This document shows positions 9,275-18,197 of a stretch of 38,480 nucleotides of DNA, one piece after another. The notes under the pieces are model-generated. The model made no database searches, had not been told where the DNA came from, and saw only the letters and a program-made list of their open reading frames with translations. The first letter of the stretch is position 1. Every line of letters starts with the position of its first letter. The DNA is taken from positions 1 through 38,480 of the IMG/VR virus record IMGVR_UViG_3300032216_000506; one strand, 5' to 3'. Made by a program: the position numbers and the translations under genes. This DNA is from a virus. Its lineage: Duplodnaviria; Caudoviricetes.

Positions 9275-11440
9275 ATGCCTTTTGGTTCAGATATCACGGA
9301 GCCTATCCCGTATGCACTGTCTAACCCTGCAGGATCACAGTCCTATGCTGGTAGCACCGTTGCTTATGACGTAGCTTTTGGTGGTATCCCGTTCTTCCTT
9401 AGCACCAGTGACGAAAGTCCTTATCGCCGTACAACTGCCCAGTATCGTAAGCAACAGATTGATATGAGCCGTGAACCTGGTGAGCAGACAATCACCGGTT
9501 GGTGGCTACGCTCACAGTCAACCTTTCACTTAGGTCAAGGCGTTAAGTTCTTTGAGCCAGCCCAAGATGAAACCCTGCGCTACCAGTACACCTACAGCAA
9601 GGGTCTTAACATTTGGGAAAAGGGTCAGGCAACCCTTCTTAATGATGTGGATAACTACCACTACACAGAAGGTAACTTGCAGCCTAATAAGCGCCCATTC
9701 CAGATTACTCGATCTATTAGACCTAACTGGACTATCACCAATAAGGCGCTTACCTCCAACGTGGCAACGCTTACTATTGGTAGCCACAAACTTACTGTCG
9801 GCTCAACTATCAATGTTGATAACGTAGACTCCACATTTAACGGCACCTTTGTGCTGACAGCAGTGGCTGCTACAACAATCTCTTATGCTTTAACTGCAGC
9901 CGATGTGACTTCAGTTGCATCAACGGGATCTGTCACACAAGATGCCATATTGCTCTGGGATAAGTATGACGTAGACAAGATTGATATTGGTGGCAAGTTA
10001 ACCCACTTCCAAGATGCTACACCAGACCCAGTATATTCCATCTGCGATGATGGCACCTATGCCTACTGGGTAACTAACGTAGTCTCAGGAACAAGCAAGC
10101 TGCACGTATTTAAGAAGTTGTTGACAGATGATGACACCGTATCGCCTACCCTGATGTTCAACGCTACAGGTATTGTAGTTACCAACGCAGTCATTGAGTT
10201 CACCAAAGAGCGTTTGGTTATGGCAGTTAACAACTCAATCTATGAGTTTGCTACATCAGCAACTGCGCTACCTACAGCAGTCTATAGCCACCCTAACGCA
10301 TCCTTTACCTACACCAGCATCACATCATCCGGCGCTGCTATCTACCTATCTGGATTTAACGGCATCCAGTCAACTATCCAGAAATTTACTTTGAGCACAT
10401 CTGGTTCTATGCCTACGCTGACATCTGCTATTACTGCAGCTGAACTGCCAGTAGGAGAAGTTGTCTATAAGATTTATTACTACCTTGGCTTTATGGCTAT
10501 TGGTACAAACCTTGGTCTTCGTATTGCTGAAGTATCAGTCAGCGATGGTTCTATTGCCTACGGCCCATTACTCTTTAAGACAGATCAACCTGTCTACGAT
10601 GTGGCCGGATATAACCAGTACCTCTGGGCAGCAACTGGCGTTGATGGTAACCCAGGATTGACCCGCGTAAATCTAGGTCAGCAGGTTGGAACTAACCTAG
10701 TCTTTGCCTACGCTTGGGACTTGTATGACCCAACAACTACAGGCTTTATCACAACATCGTGTTCTTTTGCAGGCAATACAGACCGCCTAGTATTTTGTAC
10801 AGCAAACAATGGAGTATCCAATGGTAAGAACTACATTGAGACAGCTACACGCCTCACACCTACAGGCACTATGCGTACTGCCTTTGTTCGCTACAACACC
10901 CTTGAAAATAAAATCTTTAAGTTCTTACAGCCACGCTATGAATCAATCAATGGCTCACTTGCTATCTACTCTGTAGATGCTTACAACAACGAGTATTCAA
11001 TCGGTTACTTTGACCAAGGCGCAGACATTACCCAGATTGGTATTTCATACCCTGCTACACCTCAGCAGTATCTAGGCTTTAAGTTCATAATGAATCGCTC
11101 TACTACTGATAGCAGTAAGGGGCCACTCTTTACTGGCTACCAGATACGAGTACTGCCATCTGTACCGCGTCAGCGCCTTATCCAGTACCCAGTAGAACTC
11201 TACGATCACGCAATGGATAAGTTTAGTAACCCGTCTGGTTATGAGAACTCAGCATATGACCGCTTAACCACTATGCAAACTCTTGAAAACCTTGGTGACT
11301 TAATCAAGGTAGAAGACTTCCGTACTGGTGAGTCATACCTTGGACTCATTGAAGAGATGGACTTTATCAACCGCACACCAACTGATAAGCGATACTCCGG
11401 ATACGGTGGTCTATTGCTTATTACTATTCGCACCGCATAG
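9275..11440 (+). CDS. Large tail protein (nozzle/tail tubular B-like, beta-rich)
   Basis: 721 aa, beta-propeller-like composition, AAGGAG RBS, last structural gene before lysis. Confidence 0.65.
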   Translation: MPFGSDITEPIPYALSNPAGSQSYAGSTVAYDVAFGGIPFFLSTSDESPYRRTTAQYRKQQIDMSREPGEQTITGWWLRSQSTFHLGQGVKFFEPAQDETLRYQYTYSKGLNIWEKGQATLLNDVDNYHYTEGNLQPNKRPFQITRSIRPNWTITNKALTSNVATLTIGSHKLTVGSTINVDNVDSTFNGTFVLTAVAATTISYALTAADVTSVASTGSVTQDAILLWDKYDVDKIDIGGKLTHFQDATPDPVYSICDDGTYAYWVTNVVSGTSKLHVFKKLLTDDDTVSPTLMFNATGIVVTNAVIEFTKERLVMAVNNSIYEFATSATALPTAVYSHPNASFTYTSITSSGAAIYLSGFNGIQSTIQKFTLSTSGSMPTLTSAITAAELPVGEVVYKIYYYLGFMAIGTNLGLRIAEVSVSDGSIAYGPLLFKTDQPVYDVAGYNQYLWAATGVDGNPGLTRVNLGQQVGTNLVFAYAWDLYDPTTTGFITTSCSFAGNTDRLVFCTANNGVSNGKNYIETATRLTPTGTMRTAFVRYNTLENKIFKFLQPRYESINGSLAIYSVDAYNNEYSIGYFDQGADITQIGISYPATPQQYLGFKFIMNRSTTDSSKGPLFTGYQIRVLPSVPRQRLIQYPVELYDHAMDKFSNPSGYENSAYDRLTTMQTLENLGDLIKVEDFRTGESYLGLIEEMDFINRTPTDKRYSGYGGLLLITIRTA

Positions 11441-11450
11441 GAGAGATATC

Positions 11451-11723
11451 TTGTCACCGGCAGACTGGTCAGGCATTGTCTATGCCTACTTCTTCGTAGG
11501 AACAGCAACAGTATACGGACTCTTTAGAGCGTTTCATCACGCTATTAAAGCAGCCATTGAGATTGCTGTATCCCCTATTTGTGAGGACCTGCAGAAGATT
11601 AAGTACCAGTTGTATAACAATGGTGGTGAGTCTATGAAGGATGCGATTGACCGCATCGAGCGTGACGCTATTGAACTCAAAATTAACCAAGCAATCATCA
11701 AAGCAAAGCTGGAGAGCCAATGA
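11451..11723 (+). CDS. Membrane protein with coiled-coil tail (holin-like/lysis accessory)
   Basis: TTG start after GGAG; one hydrophobic helix, then LYNNGGESMKDAIDRIE. Confidence 0.65.
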   Translation: MSPADWSGIVYAYFFVGTATVYGLFRAFHHAIKAAIEIAVSPICEDLQKIKYQLYNNGGESMKDAIDRIERDAIELKINQAIIKAKLESQ

Positions 11724-12220
11724 GCCAGCGTGCAGATTTTGTAGCGGTAGCACAGAAAGAAATTGGAACAGTTGAAGGACCAAAGGATAATGAGACAAAA
11801 TATGGCGCGTTTACTAAAGCGAATTACCTACCTTGGTGCGGCAGTTTTGTTATGTGGTGTGCTAATCAGGTTGGTCTTAAGATTCCAAATGTCGTAAGTA
11901 CAGTAGCTGGTGTAGCAAAGTTTCAAGGCACAGGTGCTTGGTCTAATGCAGCCACTGCCAAGCCCAAGCCTGGCGACATCGTATTCTTTGACTTCGCACC
12001 AGGCGGTGCTCCAGTAGAGCACGTTGGTATTGTGCTCAAAGATAACCTTGATGGAACTGTTACAACCATCGAGGGCAATACTTCACCTGAGCATAAGACA
12101 TCAGGTTCACAGGCAAACGGTGGAGAAGTAGCAGAGCGCATCCGCGCTTACAAGAAAGATAATAAGCGCAAACTCACAGCATTTATTGTTGGCTTCGGGT
12201 CACCGAAGTTCAAAGACTAA
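11720..12220 (+). CDS. CHAP-domain endolysin
   Basis: PWCGSFVMW, PGDIVFF, HVGIV and TIEGNT motifs. Confidence 0.9.
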   Translation: MSQRADFVAVAQKEIGTVEGPKDNETKYGAFTKANYLPWCGSFVMWCANQVGLKIPNVVSTVAGVAKFQGTGAWSNAATAKPKPGDIVFFDFAPGGAPVEHVGIVLKDNLDGTVTTIEGNTSPEHKTSGSQANGGEVAERIRAYKKDNKRKLTAFIVGFGSPKFKD

Positions 12221-12229
12221 GGAGATACA

Positions 12230-12439
12230 ATGAAGTTCAATCACAAAGTAACAGAGATGTGGGCCAAATGGTTCGTATCTAATGCACTTACTGCAGTAGT
12301 AATTCTCGGTAAGTCACCACTAGATTTCTCAGGATCAGATTGGAAGCACGCAGCTAATACGCTATGGCTTGCAATCGTCCCAGTAGTTATCGCTTGGGCT
12401 AACCCTAAGCACGATTTAACAATGACCACAGCAAAGTAA
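12230..12439 (+). CDS. Holin (two hydrophobic segments)
   Basis: 69 aa after the endolysin; AAGGAG RBS; WANPK end motif. Confidence 0.7.
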   Translation: MKFNHKVTEMWAKWFVSNALTAVVILGKSPLDFSGSDWKHAANTLWLAIVPVVIAWANPKHDLTMTTAK

Positions 12440-12458
12440 AGTTTGACTGCGAGGCCAA

Positions 12459-12498
12459 AGCCCTCGGTTCCCTAACGGGAATCGGGGGCTGTTTTTTT
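12459..12498 (+). terminator. Intrinsic terminator of the late operon
   Basis: 14-bp stem 12459-72/12477-90 followed by a T7 run. Confidence 0.9.
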
Positions 12499-12504
12499 AT
12501 GCCT

Positions 12505-12548
12505 AAAATAAACAAGACCCCTGTAGCTAGTCGGTTACAGGGGTCTTG
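12505..12548 (-). terminator. Intrinsic terminator for the convergent HNH operon
   Basis: caagacccctgta/tacaggggtcttg stem preceded by aaaataaa (U-tract on -). Confidence 0.75.
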
Positions 12549-12571
12549 CTGTCGCATTTTCGGGAATGCGG

Positions 12572-12928
12572 TTAAAAGATACCAGAGTTTGAATCATTGT
12601 TCAAGTGGGTTTTGAGGCGGTGGCAGTTAGCACAGAGCGTCTGTAGGTTAGACGGGTTGTTATCCCATCTGTCTCCGTTGATGTGGTCAACGTCAAGTTG
12701 ACTGATGTGGACTGGCTTGAAGCCACAGTGCTCACAGTAATCTTTCTTGTGGACTGCATACGGGTATAAGAGTTTGTTGTATGCCTTGATGTAGACGGCC
12801 TTGCACTTGTATCTACCGCCAAGGGTTGCTCGTTTAGCATCTCTAAGTTTGATTCTAACTGGACCACAGACTGAGCATATACCAGTCCGGTCCTGCTCGT
12901 TAATCGCAGTAAGGCTGTGCTTCATCAC
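12572..12928 (-). CDS. HNH endonuclease
   Basis: CEHCG...LDVDHING...NNPSNLQTLCANCH. Confidence 0.9.
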   Translation of the reverse strand: MMKHSLTAINEQDRTGICSVCGPVRIKLRDAKRATLGGRYKCKAVYIKAYNKLLYPYAVHKKDYCEHCGFKPVHISQLDVDHINGDRWDNNPSNLQTLCANCHRLKTHLNNDSNSGIF

Positions 12929-13166
12929 GATCTGGTGGGCAGGGTAGTTTGACTAGGTTGCCACAACTGACGCAACTTCCGTCTAGGAAATACCAGACTA
13001 GCTCGTAGTCATCAAAGGATACCATAGCGTTGAAGACCTGCGACCCACACGTACAGACGTGGATAGGACCTAAGCCCCGCAAATCGGCTCCTGCGACCTC
13101 TGGTAACCCTTGTAGCGGGTTCCTATGGCGTAATCTTGGCAGGGTTGGTAGACGGGGACGGCGCAC
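12900..13166 (-). CDS. Zinc-finger protein (CxC...CxxC)
   Basis: AGGAGG RBS before GTG; HVCTCGS...CVSCG. Confidence 0.75.
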   Translation of the reverse strand: MRRPRLPTLPRLRHRNPLQGLPEVAGADLRGLGPIHVCTCGSQVFNAMVSFDDYELVWYFLDGSCVSCGNLVKLPCPPDRDEAQPYCD

Positions 13167-13227
13167 TGTCGGGCCTCCTACCTCTCGGCCCGTGAGGGCC
13201 GCCTACTGTTATTCGCCTACGGCTCAT

Positions 13228-13286
13228 ATTGTAGACACCCTATGCCTAGTATGTGTCTTGCGACACGCCGTGATAAGATGCCCAGT
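13228..13286. promoter_or_regulatory. Divergent promoter pair with GACAC boxes
   Basis: + strand: GACAC 13262-66 and TGaTAAGAT 13271-79, ATG at 13287. - strand: TACAAT at 13233-13228. Inverted GTGTC-N4-GACAC. Confidence 0.65.
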
Positions 13287-13841
13287 ATGACAACACTCGT
13301 AGGAATCCAAGGTAACGACTTCGTAGTTCTTGCGGCTGACTCGCAAATCACGGACGGAGATCAACGTATCATTTCCGTTGAGACACCCAAGATAGTCAAC
13401 ACTGGTAAATACTTACTCGGTCTTACTGGTGACTCACGCCCAGGTGACATCCTTGCCTACGCGTGGAAGCCACCGCTATATCGCGGTGAAGAGCCAACGC
13501 GCTTTATGGGTAGCAAAGTACTGCCTAGTATCTCAGCTGCGTTCAAAGAAAATAACTACGAGATTGATAACAAGGAGATGAACTTCTCATTCCTTATCGC
13601 GTTCAACACAAACCTGTTCTCCATCGGTGGCGACCTATCGTTTAACACATCTGAGCGTGGCCTATTCTCGGCAGGTTCCGGTGGAAATTATGCCCTTGGG
13701 TACTTGTATTCCTTACCACAGTCAAATTACAATAAGCTCGTGACAGCAAGTGTGATAGCAAAGAAGGCAGTTGAGTTGTCAGCCTTACTTGATATAAATA
13801 CGTGTCCACCAGTTCAAGTTATTTCACAGACAAGGATATAA
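13287..13841 (+). CDS. Proteasome-beta/HslV-like N-terminal threonine (Ntn) hydrolase
   Basis: M-TTLVGI...AADSQIT...K34...AGSGG matches the Thr1/Asp17/Lys33/GSG signature. Confidence 0.85.
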   Translation: MTTLVGIQGNDFVVLAADSQITDGDQRIISVETPKIVNTGKYLLGLTGDSRPGDILAYAWKPPLYRGEEPTRFMGSKVLPSISAAFKENNYEIDNKEMNFSFLIAFNTNLFSIGGDLSFNTSERGLFSAGSGGNYALGYLYSLPQSNYNKLVTASVIAKKAVELSALLDINTCPPVQVISQTRI

Positions 13842-13842
13842 A

Positions 13843-13950
13843 ATGAAAGAGTTGATTGCGATTGGTTTGATTTGTTTTTTACTGGGATTTGTAGGAGCCT
13901 ACGGCTTTGATACCTGGCTAACCTGGAGGGATGACCGCAAGTGGCGATAG
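13843..13950 (+). CDS. Small single-TM protein (35 aa)
   Basis: MKELIAIGLICFLLGFVGAYG...; fills the gap between two genes. Confidence 0.6.
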   Translation: MKELIAIGLICFLLGFVGAYGFDTWLTWRDDRKWR

Positions 13951-14900
13951 AAGATCCAAAGGAATTACTACTGCACGTACTGCATTCTAAAGATGCAAGT
14001 CGTGACAGAAGTATGCAGACAGAAGTTGGTCCATCAGAGATTGGTAGTTGCAAGCGCAAGGTCTGGTACAGACTCAATGCTCAGCCACATACCAACGATA
14101 ACCAATCAAAGCTTGCTGCCATTATGGGTACTGCTATTCACGCAGCCATTGAAGATGCTATCGGTGCTATCGATCCTGAAGGCAAAGAGTATTTAGTTGA
14201 GACTGAAGTTGCTTATGGTGATATGAAAGCGCACGTGGATTTATTTGTGCCATCAACCGGTGCTGTCATTGACTGGAAGACATCTAAGATTAAGAACCTA
14301 TCCTACTTTCCATCAAAGCAACAGAGGTGGCAAGTACAGGTCTATGGGTATCTACTATCTAAGAACGGCTACGATGTTAAGACAGTTAACCTTGTAGCGA
14401 TAGCACGCGATGGAGCTGAGAAAGATGTCAAGGTCCATAGCGAACCTTACGATGAGGCTATTGCACTTGAGGCATTTGCTTGGCTTGCATCCGTCAAGGC
14501 ATCAACAACATTGCCGGAGCCAGAGAAAGAAGCAAGCTTTTGTAAGGACTACTGCCAGTACTACGATGCAACAGAGCAGATGGGTTGCGGTGGCTTAAAG
14601 AAAGAACGTATCGTCCTTAGTGAAGTCGTGATTGAGGACGAAGAAGTTGACAAGCACGCACTGCACTACCTACAGTTAGATAGCAAGATCAAAGAGCTGG
14701 AGAAAGAACGCGAGTCTTTGAAGGCATCTTTAGAAGGAGCAACCGGTACTACTAGAAGCGGTATCGAAATCAGTTGGACAACAGTCAAAGGTCGTGAGAC
14801 AGTTGACAGCAAAGAGGTTGAGAAACTTCTTGGGTTCGTACCGAAGGTTGTCGGTAATGAATCAACAAGGTTAAACATCAAAACTATCGGAGGAAAGTAA
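13941..14900 (+). CDS. Cas4/AddB-like PD-(D/E)XK exonuclease with C-terminal coiled coil
   Basis: PSEIGSC, GTAIH, HVD, DWKT, QxxxY and three late Cys. Confidence 0.85.
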   Translation: MAIEDPKELLLHVLHSKDASRDRSMQTEVGPSEIGSCKRKVWYRLNAQPHTNDNQSKLAAIMGTAIHAAIEDAIGAIDPEGKEYLVETEVAYGDMKAHVDLFVPSTGAVIDWKTSKIKNLSYFPSKQQRWQVQVYGYLLSKNGYDVKTVNLVAIARDGAEKDVKVHSEPYDEAIALEAFAWLASVKASTTLPEPEKEASFCKDYCQYYDATEQMGCGGLKKERIVLSEVVIEDEEVDKHALHYLQLDSKIKELEKERESLKASLEGATGTTRSGIEISWTTVKGRETVDSKEVEKLLGFVPKVVGNESTRLNIKTIGGK

Positions 14901-15272
14901 ATGGCTGCAAACGAAAACACAAAGTTCCAAATCAACTACAAGTTAGCTGACGGAACTCTTATCAATCTTTACGCATCAGATGTAAAGGATCTTGAGACAG
15001 GTCTTAATGACCTTGGTATGGTGGCTGCTCTTATCAGAGCAACATCGGCTGACCTATCAGGTGGCGCTACTGCTGCTGCAGTATCAAACATTCAGGCACA
15101 GTTCGCTGCAACACCAGTTGCTGCTCCTGCTGAACAGCCTGGTACTAAGAACTGCAAGCACGGCGTGATGGCATTTAAGACAGGTACATCAGCACGTGGT
15201 CCTTGGCAGGGTTATATGTGCGCAGCACCTAAAGGTGCAGCAGATAAGTGCGAGACTATCTGGGTTCGTTAA
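14901..15272 (+). CDS. Hypothetical protein with C-terminal CxH...C...C zinc finger
   Basis: NCKHG...YMC...KCETIW. Confidence 0.7.
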   Translation: MAANENTKFQINYKLADGTLINLYASDVKDLETGLNDLGMVAALIRATSADLSGGATAAAVSNIQAQFAATPVAAPAEQPGTKNCKHGVMAFKTGTSARGPWQGYMCAAPKGAADKCETIWVR

Positions 15273-15275
15273 TGT

Positions 15276-15539
15276 ATGCGAGGACCCTGGGAGTTTGAGG
15301 ATCCAAGTTGTAAGGGCATAGATACCGAGATGTACTACCCAGTAGAACAGAGTAGTTCGTTTCCAGAAAAGAAACTTATTACTTCTATCTGCGGTAGCTG
15401 TGTTCATAAAGAAGAGTGTGCAGACTGGGGCGTTAGACACGAACGCTTTGGTATTTGGGGCGGGTTAACTGAATACCAGCGCAAAGATATACGCCGACAA
15501 AAGAATATCGTACTTCCGTTTGGAGAATTCTGTGCTTGA
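15276..15539 (+). CDS. whiB: WhiB-family transcription factor
   Basis: Four Cys (C...CGSC...C) and FGIWGGLT. Confidence 0.95.
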   Translation: MRGPWEFEDPSCKGIDTEMYYPVEQSSSFPEKKLITSICGSCVHKEECADWGVRHERFGIWGGLTEYQRKDIRRQKNIVLPFGEFCA

Positions 15540-16410
15540 TTTACAGCGTGCGTGGGGGACTGTGCTTACCAAAGCAACGCCTCTTCCTGACGTATGGATT
15601 GCACTAGCAGAGAAGCAGATTAAGTTCCGTAGGGGACAGGTCTGTATGGTAGCTGCGGCTCCAAACGCTGGTAAATCTATGTTTGCACTGATCTATGCAG
15701 TCAAAGCAAAGGTACCAACGCTGTTCTTCTCAGCAGATACAGACACTACAACTGTAATGCTGCGAGCAGCAGCGCACGTATCCGGACATAACCAAGTGAA
15801 TGTAGAGCAACGCTTATCTTCTGATAACCACTTCTACGATAAATCATTTGATAAGTTAAAACATATCAAGTGGGTCTTTGACTCCAATCCGTCACTCGAT
15901 GATATCGAGTTGGAGATAAAGGCATATGTAGAGTTGTACGGCCAAGCCCCTGAGTTGATCATCATAGATAACCTTATGAATGTAGCTGCTGAGACAGACA
16001 ACGAATGGGCGGGGCTTCGTGCAATTATGATGGAGCTTCACGATATGGCACGCAAGACTGAAGCCTGTGTACTGGTACTGCACCACGTCTCTGAGCAGTC
16101 AGAGTATGGCTCACCTACTGAGCCACCAGCACGGCGTGCCATTCACGGAAAGGTAAGCCAGTTACCGGCGTTGATTCTAACCCTGGGCTACAACCCTGAG
16201 TACAATGAACTCAAGATTGCAGCAGTAAAGAACCGCTTTGGTCCACACGCAGCCGATGGAAAGGATTATGCAATGCTCAGTGTCAGCTATGGCAACTGTC
16301 AGATATCAGATAAGAACGCCTATGGTGCTATGTTTGCACGCGATGCGCGTGCTGGTTACTCTGGCGATATTATTCCAGAGGATGAGTACGGACACGAGGT
16401 GGCAGTCTGA
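15532..16410 (+). CDS. DnaB-like (SF4) helicase, ATPase domain only
   Basis: AAPNAGKS Walker A, IIIDNL Walker B, KNRFG; GTG start after GGAGA. Confidence 0.85.
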   Translation: MLDLQRAWGTVLTKATPLPDVWIALAEKQIKFRRGQVCMVAAAPNAGKSMFALIYAVKAKVPTLFFSADTDTTTVMLRAAAHVSGHNQVNVEQRLSSDNHFYDKSFDKLKHIKWVFDSNPSLDDIELEIKAYVELYGQAPELIIIDNLMNVAAETDNEWAGLRAIMMELHDMARKTEACVLVLHHVSEQSEYGSPTEPPARRAIHGKVSQLPALILTLGYNPEYNELKIAAVKNRFGPHAADGKDYAMLSVSYGNCQISDKNAYGAMFARDARAGYSGDIIPEDEYGHEVAV

Positions 16411-16580
16411 TGGCAAATACAGAGATTCAGTATCTTAAGAATGAGATTAAACAACTCAAGTCTGATATGGCTAACCTGATTATGGCGCTGATTGAGTTGA
16501 AGATATTTAAGATTAAGATTGATGAGAACGGCAACGCCATCTATGACACAGGTAAAGATGGCAAGTCCGAAGTACAATAA
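16410..16580 (+). CDS. Small coiled-coil protein (56 aa)
   Basis: MANTEIQYLKNEIKQLK...; TGATG coupling. Confidence 0.7.
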   Translation: MANTEIQYLKNEIKQLKSDMANLIMALIELKIFKIKIDENGNAIYDTGKDGKSEVQ

Positions 16581-16914
16581 AGTAAAAGGCGCAGCCTTTG
16601 AGATTGATGTAATGAAATGGCTACGATCTATGGGTCAAGTAGCAGACCGCTTACGTCTAGCGGGTAAAGATGACGAAGGAGATTTAGTTGTAGTTGTTTC
16701 GGGACAGACCTACATACTAGAACTCAAGAACACTGTGCGGCTAGACCTGCCGGAGTTCTGGAGGCAAGCAGAAGTTGAGGCGCTTAACTACGCTAAGGCT
16801 CGTGGTATCGGGGAAGTGCCACTGCATTATGTTGTAGTTAAGCGTCGCAACGCTGGCATAGAGAAGGCTTGGGTGGTCCAAGACTTAACACAATGGTTAA
16901 AGGAAAAGCAATGA
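16558..16914 (+). CDS. Holliday junction resolvase (Hjc-like PD-(D/E)XK)
   Basis: NKVKGAAFE, DEGDL and ILELKN. Confidence 0.8.
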   Translation: MASPKYNKVKGAAFEIDVMKWLRSMGQVADRLRLAGKDDEGDLVVVVSGQTYILELKNTVRLDLPEFWRQAEVEALNYAKARGIGEVPLHYVVVKRRNAGIEKAWVVQDLTQWLKEKQ

Positions 16915-17069
16915 CACCAGTACCAGAAGGAATTATCAGCACATCAACAGGCCCAGTAGACCCAAGTGAGTCACTGATTGAAGAGGCAATTCTTGAAGCT
17001 GACGCAGAAGAAGCAGAACCATCTGAGTTTGACCCAGATATGGATGACCCATACGAGGACCAAGCGTGA
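16911..17069 (+). CDS. Small highly acidic protein
   Basis: ATGA overlap, AAGGA RBS; E/D-rich C-terminus. Confidence 0.65.
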   Translation: MTPVPEGIISTSTGPVDPSESLIEEAILEADAEEAEPSEFDPDMDDPYEDQA

Positions 17070-17245
17070 TCTGCTCAGACTGCGTTAAGGCAGGTGAAGA
17101 GAACAAGGCTAACCATTTCAAGCGTGCTGCACAGTGGCACGATAAGTGCAGTGTGAAGGGGTGTGTATGCCAGCACAGGACTGGAACAGGGTACGTAAAG
17201 GTGGCAAGTTCAAAGGCGCAGTTGACGCCAACGACATCCCCATAG
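17066..17245 (+). CDS. Small Cys/His zinc-binding protein (59 aa)
   Basis: MICSDC...HDKC...CVCQH; GTGA overlap. Confidence 0.7.
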   Translation: MICSDCVKAGEENKANHFKRAAQWHDKCSVKGCVCQHRTGTGYVKVASSKAQLTPTTSP

Positions 17246-17544
17246 ATGCCATAGTTAAATTCTTTGGCGGTGAAGTAAGGCAAGGTAAGTCAGCCAGTGT
17301 CCGGTGCTGCTTACATACAGACAGTAGACGATCTGCTGTTATCAACACATACGATAATTTGTACTACTGCCATACCTGCGGTAAGGGTGGCAATGCAGCA
17401 AACCTAGTGTGCATACTAGAGAACTTGGAGTTTAACGATGGCCTCAAACGTGCAATCGAAATTGCAGCTGGAAGCGGCGCAGAGATACGCACAGCAAATA
17501 AGTCCAGAGGCAATCGTCGCGCTAGCAGAACGTGGGATATCTGA
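17167..17544 (+). CDS. Primase zinc-binding domain (CHC2) as a separate ORF
   Basis: CCLH.D...SA...YYCHTCGKGGN. Confidence 0.85.
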   Translation: MPAQDWNRVRKGGKFKGAVDANDIPIDAIVKFFGGEVRQGKSASVRCCLHTDSRRSAVINTYDNLYYCHTCGKGGNAANLVCILENLEFNDGLKRAIEIAAGSGAEIRTANKSRGNRRASRTWDI

Positions 17545-18088
17545 AGAGGTAGCTGCGCTCTATATGCTAGGCAGTGTGGTCGATCCTATGAATGGCCACG
17601 AGATGCACGATGGCTGGCTATCTATTCCATACATTACTGCAATGAACTATTGCGTAGGTTTTAAGTTTCGCAGGTTAGATGATGGTAAGCCTAAGTACGG
17701 CAGCCCTACTGGGCAGAAGGCACACCTATACAATGTAGTTGATACTACTATCCTGAGTAAGCACATCATTGTCTGTGAAGGTGAGCTTGATACCGTTGTG
17801 GTATCAGGTGTCCTTGGTATTCCAGCAGTAGGCGTACCCGGAGTACAGGCTTGGAAGCCACACTTTGCCAAGCTACTCAATGGTTATGACACTGTCTATG
17901 TGGTGGGCGATAATGATGTGAAAGAAGATGGCTCTAACCCAGGCGCTGAGTTTTCTAAGCGCGTGGCGAGCGAAGTATTAAACAGTGTAATAGTAACATT
18001 ACCACCTAATATGGACATCAACGACTACTACTTGGCTCACGGCGCAGATGCGACTAAAGCCTTGCTAGTAGGTGAGCAGATTGGATAA
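17438..18088 (+). CDS. Primase TOPRIM catalytic domain
   Basis: KFR, KYGSP, VCEGELD and GDND. Confidence 0.9.
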   Translation: MASNVQSKLQLEAAQRYAQQISPEAIVALAERGISEEVAALYMLGSVVDPMNGHEMHDGWLSIPYITAMNYCVGFKFRRLDDGKPKYGSPTGQKAHLYNVVDTTILSKHIIVCEGELDTVVVSGVLGIPAVGVPGVQAWKPHFAKLLNGYDTVYVVGDNDVKEDGSNPGAEFSKRVASEVLNSVIVTLPPNMDINDYYLAHGADATKALLVGEQIG

Positions 18089-18197
18089 GGCAGAATGGCA
18101 GCAGATGATACAGACTTTGCATACTATGGGCTTTCAGATCCTCGAAGTGGATATGGAAACAGAGATCTTAGTAGTGCGGCCTATACCGACAAGGTAG
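18072..18197 (+). CDS. Small hypothetical protein overlapping the next gene (41 aa)
   Basis: MSRLDKAEWQQMIQTLHTMGFQILEVD...; helix-then-strand pattern. Confidence 0.45.
   Translation: MSRLDKAEWQQMIQTLHTMGFQILEVDMETEILVVRPIPTR

Noticed and set aside
13242-13286. N-terminal extension (propeptide) of the protease given by the ORF track
   Set aside because: The segment coincides with promoter motifs; ATG 13287 gives Thr1 directly and fits leaderless geometry.
13941-14900. CRISPR-Cas system or mini-array linked to the Cas4-like gene
   Set aside because: No regularly spaced repeat-spacer array or other cas genes seen; solo Cas4-like nucleases are common in phages.
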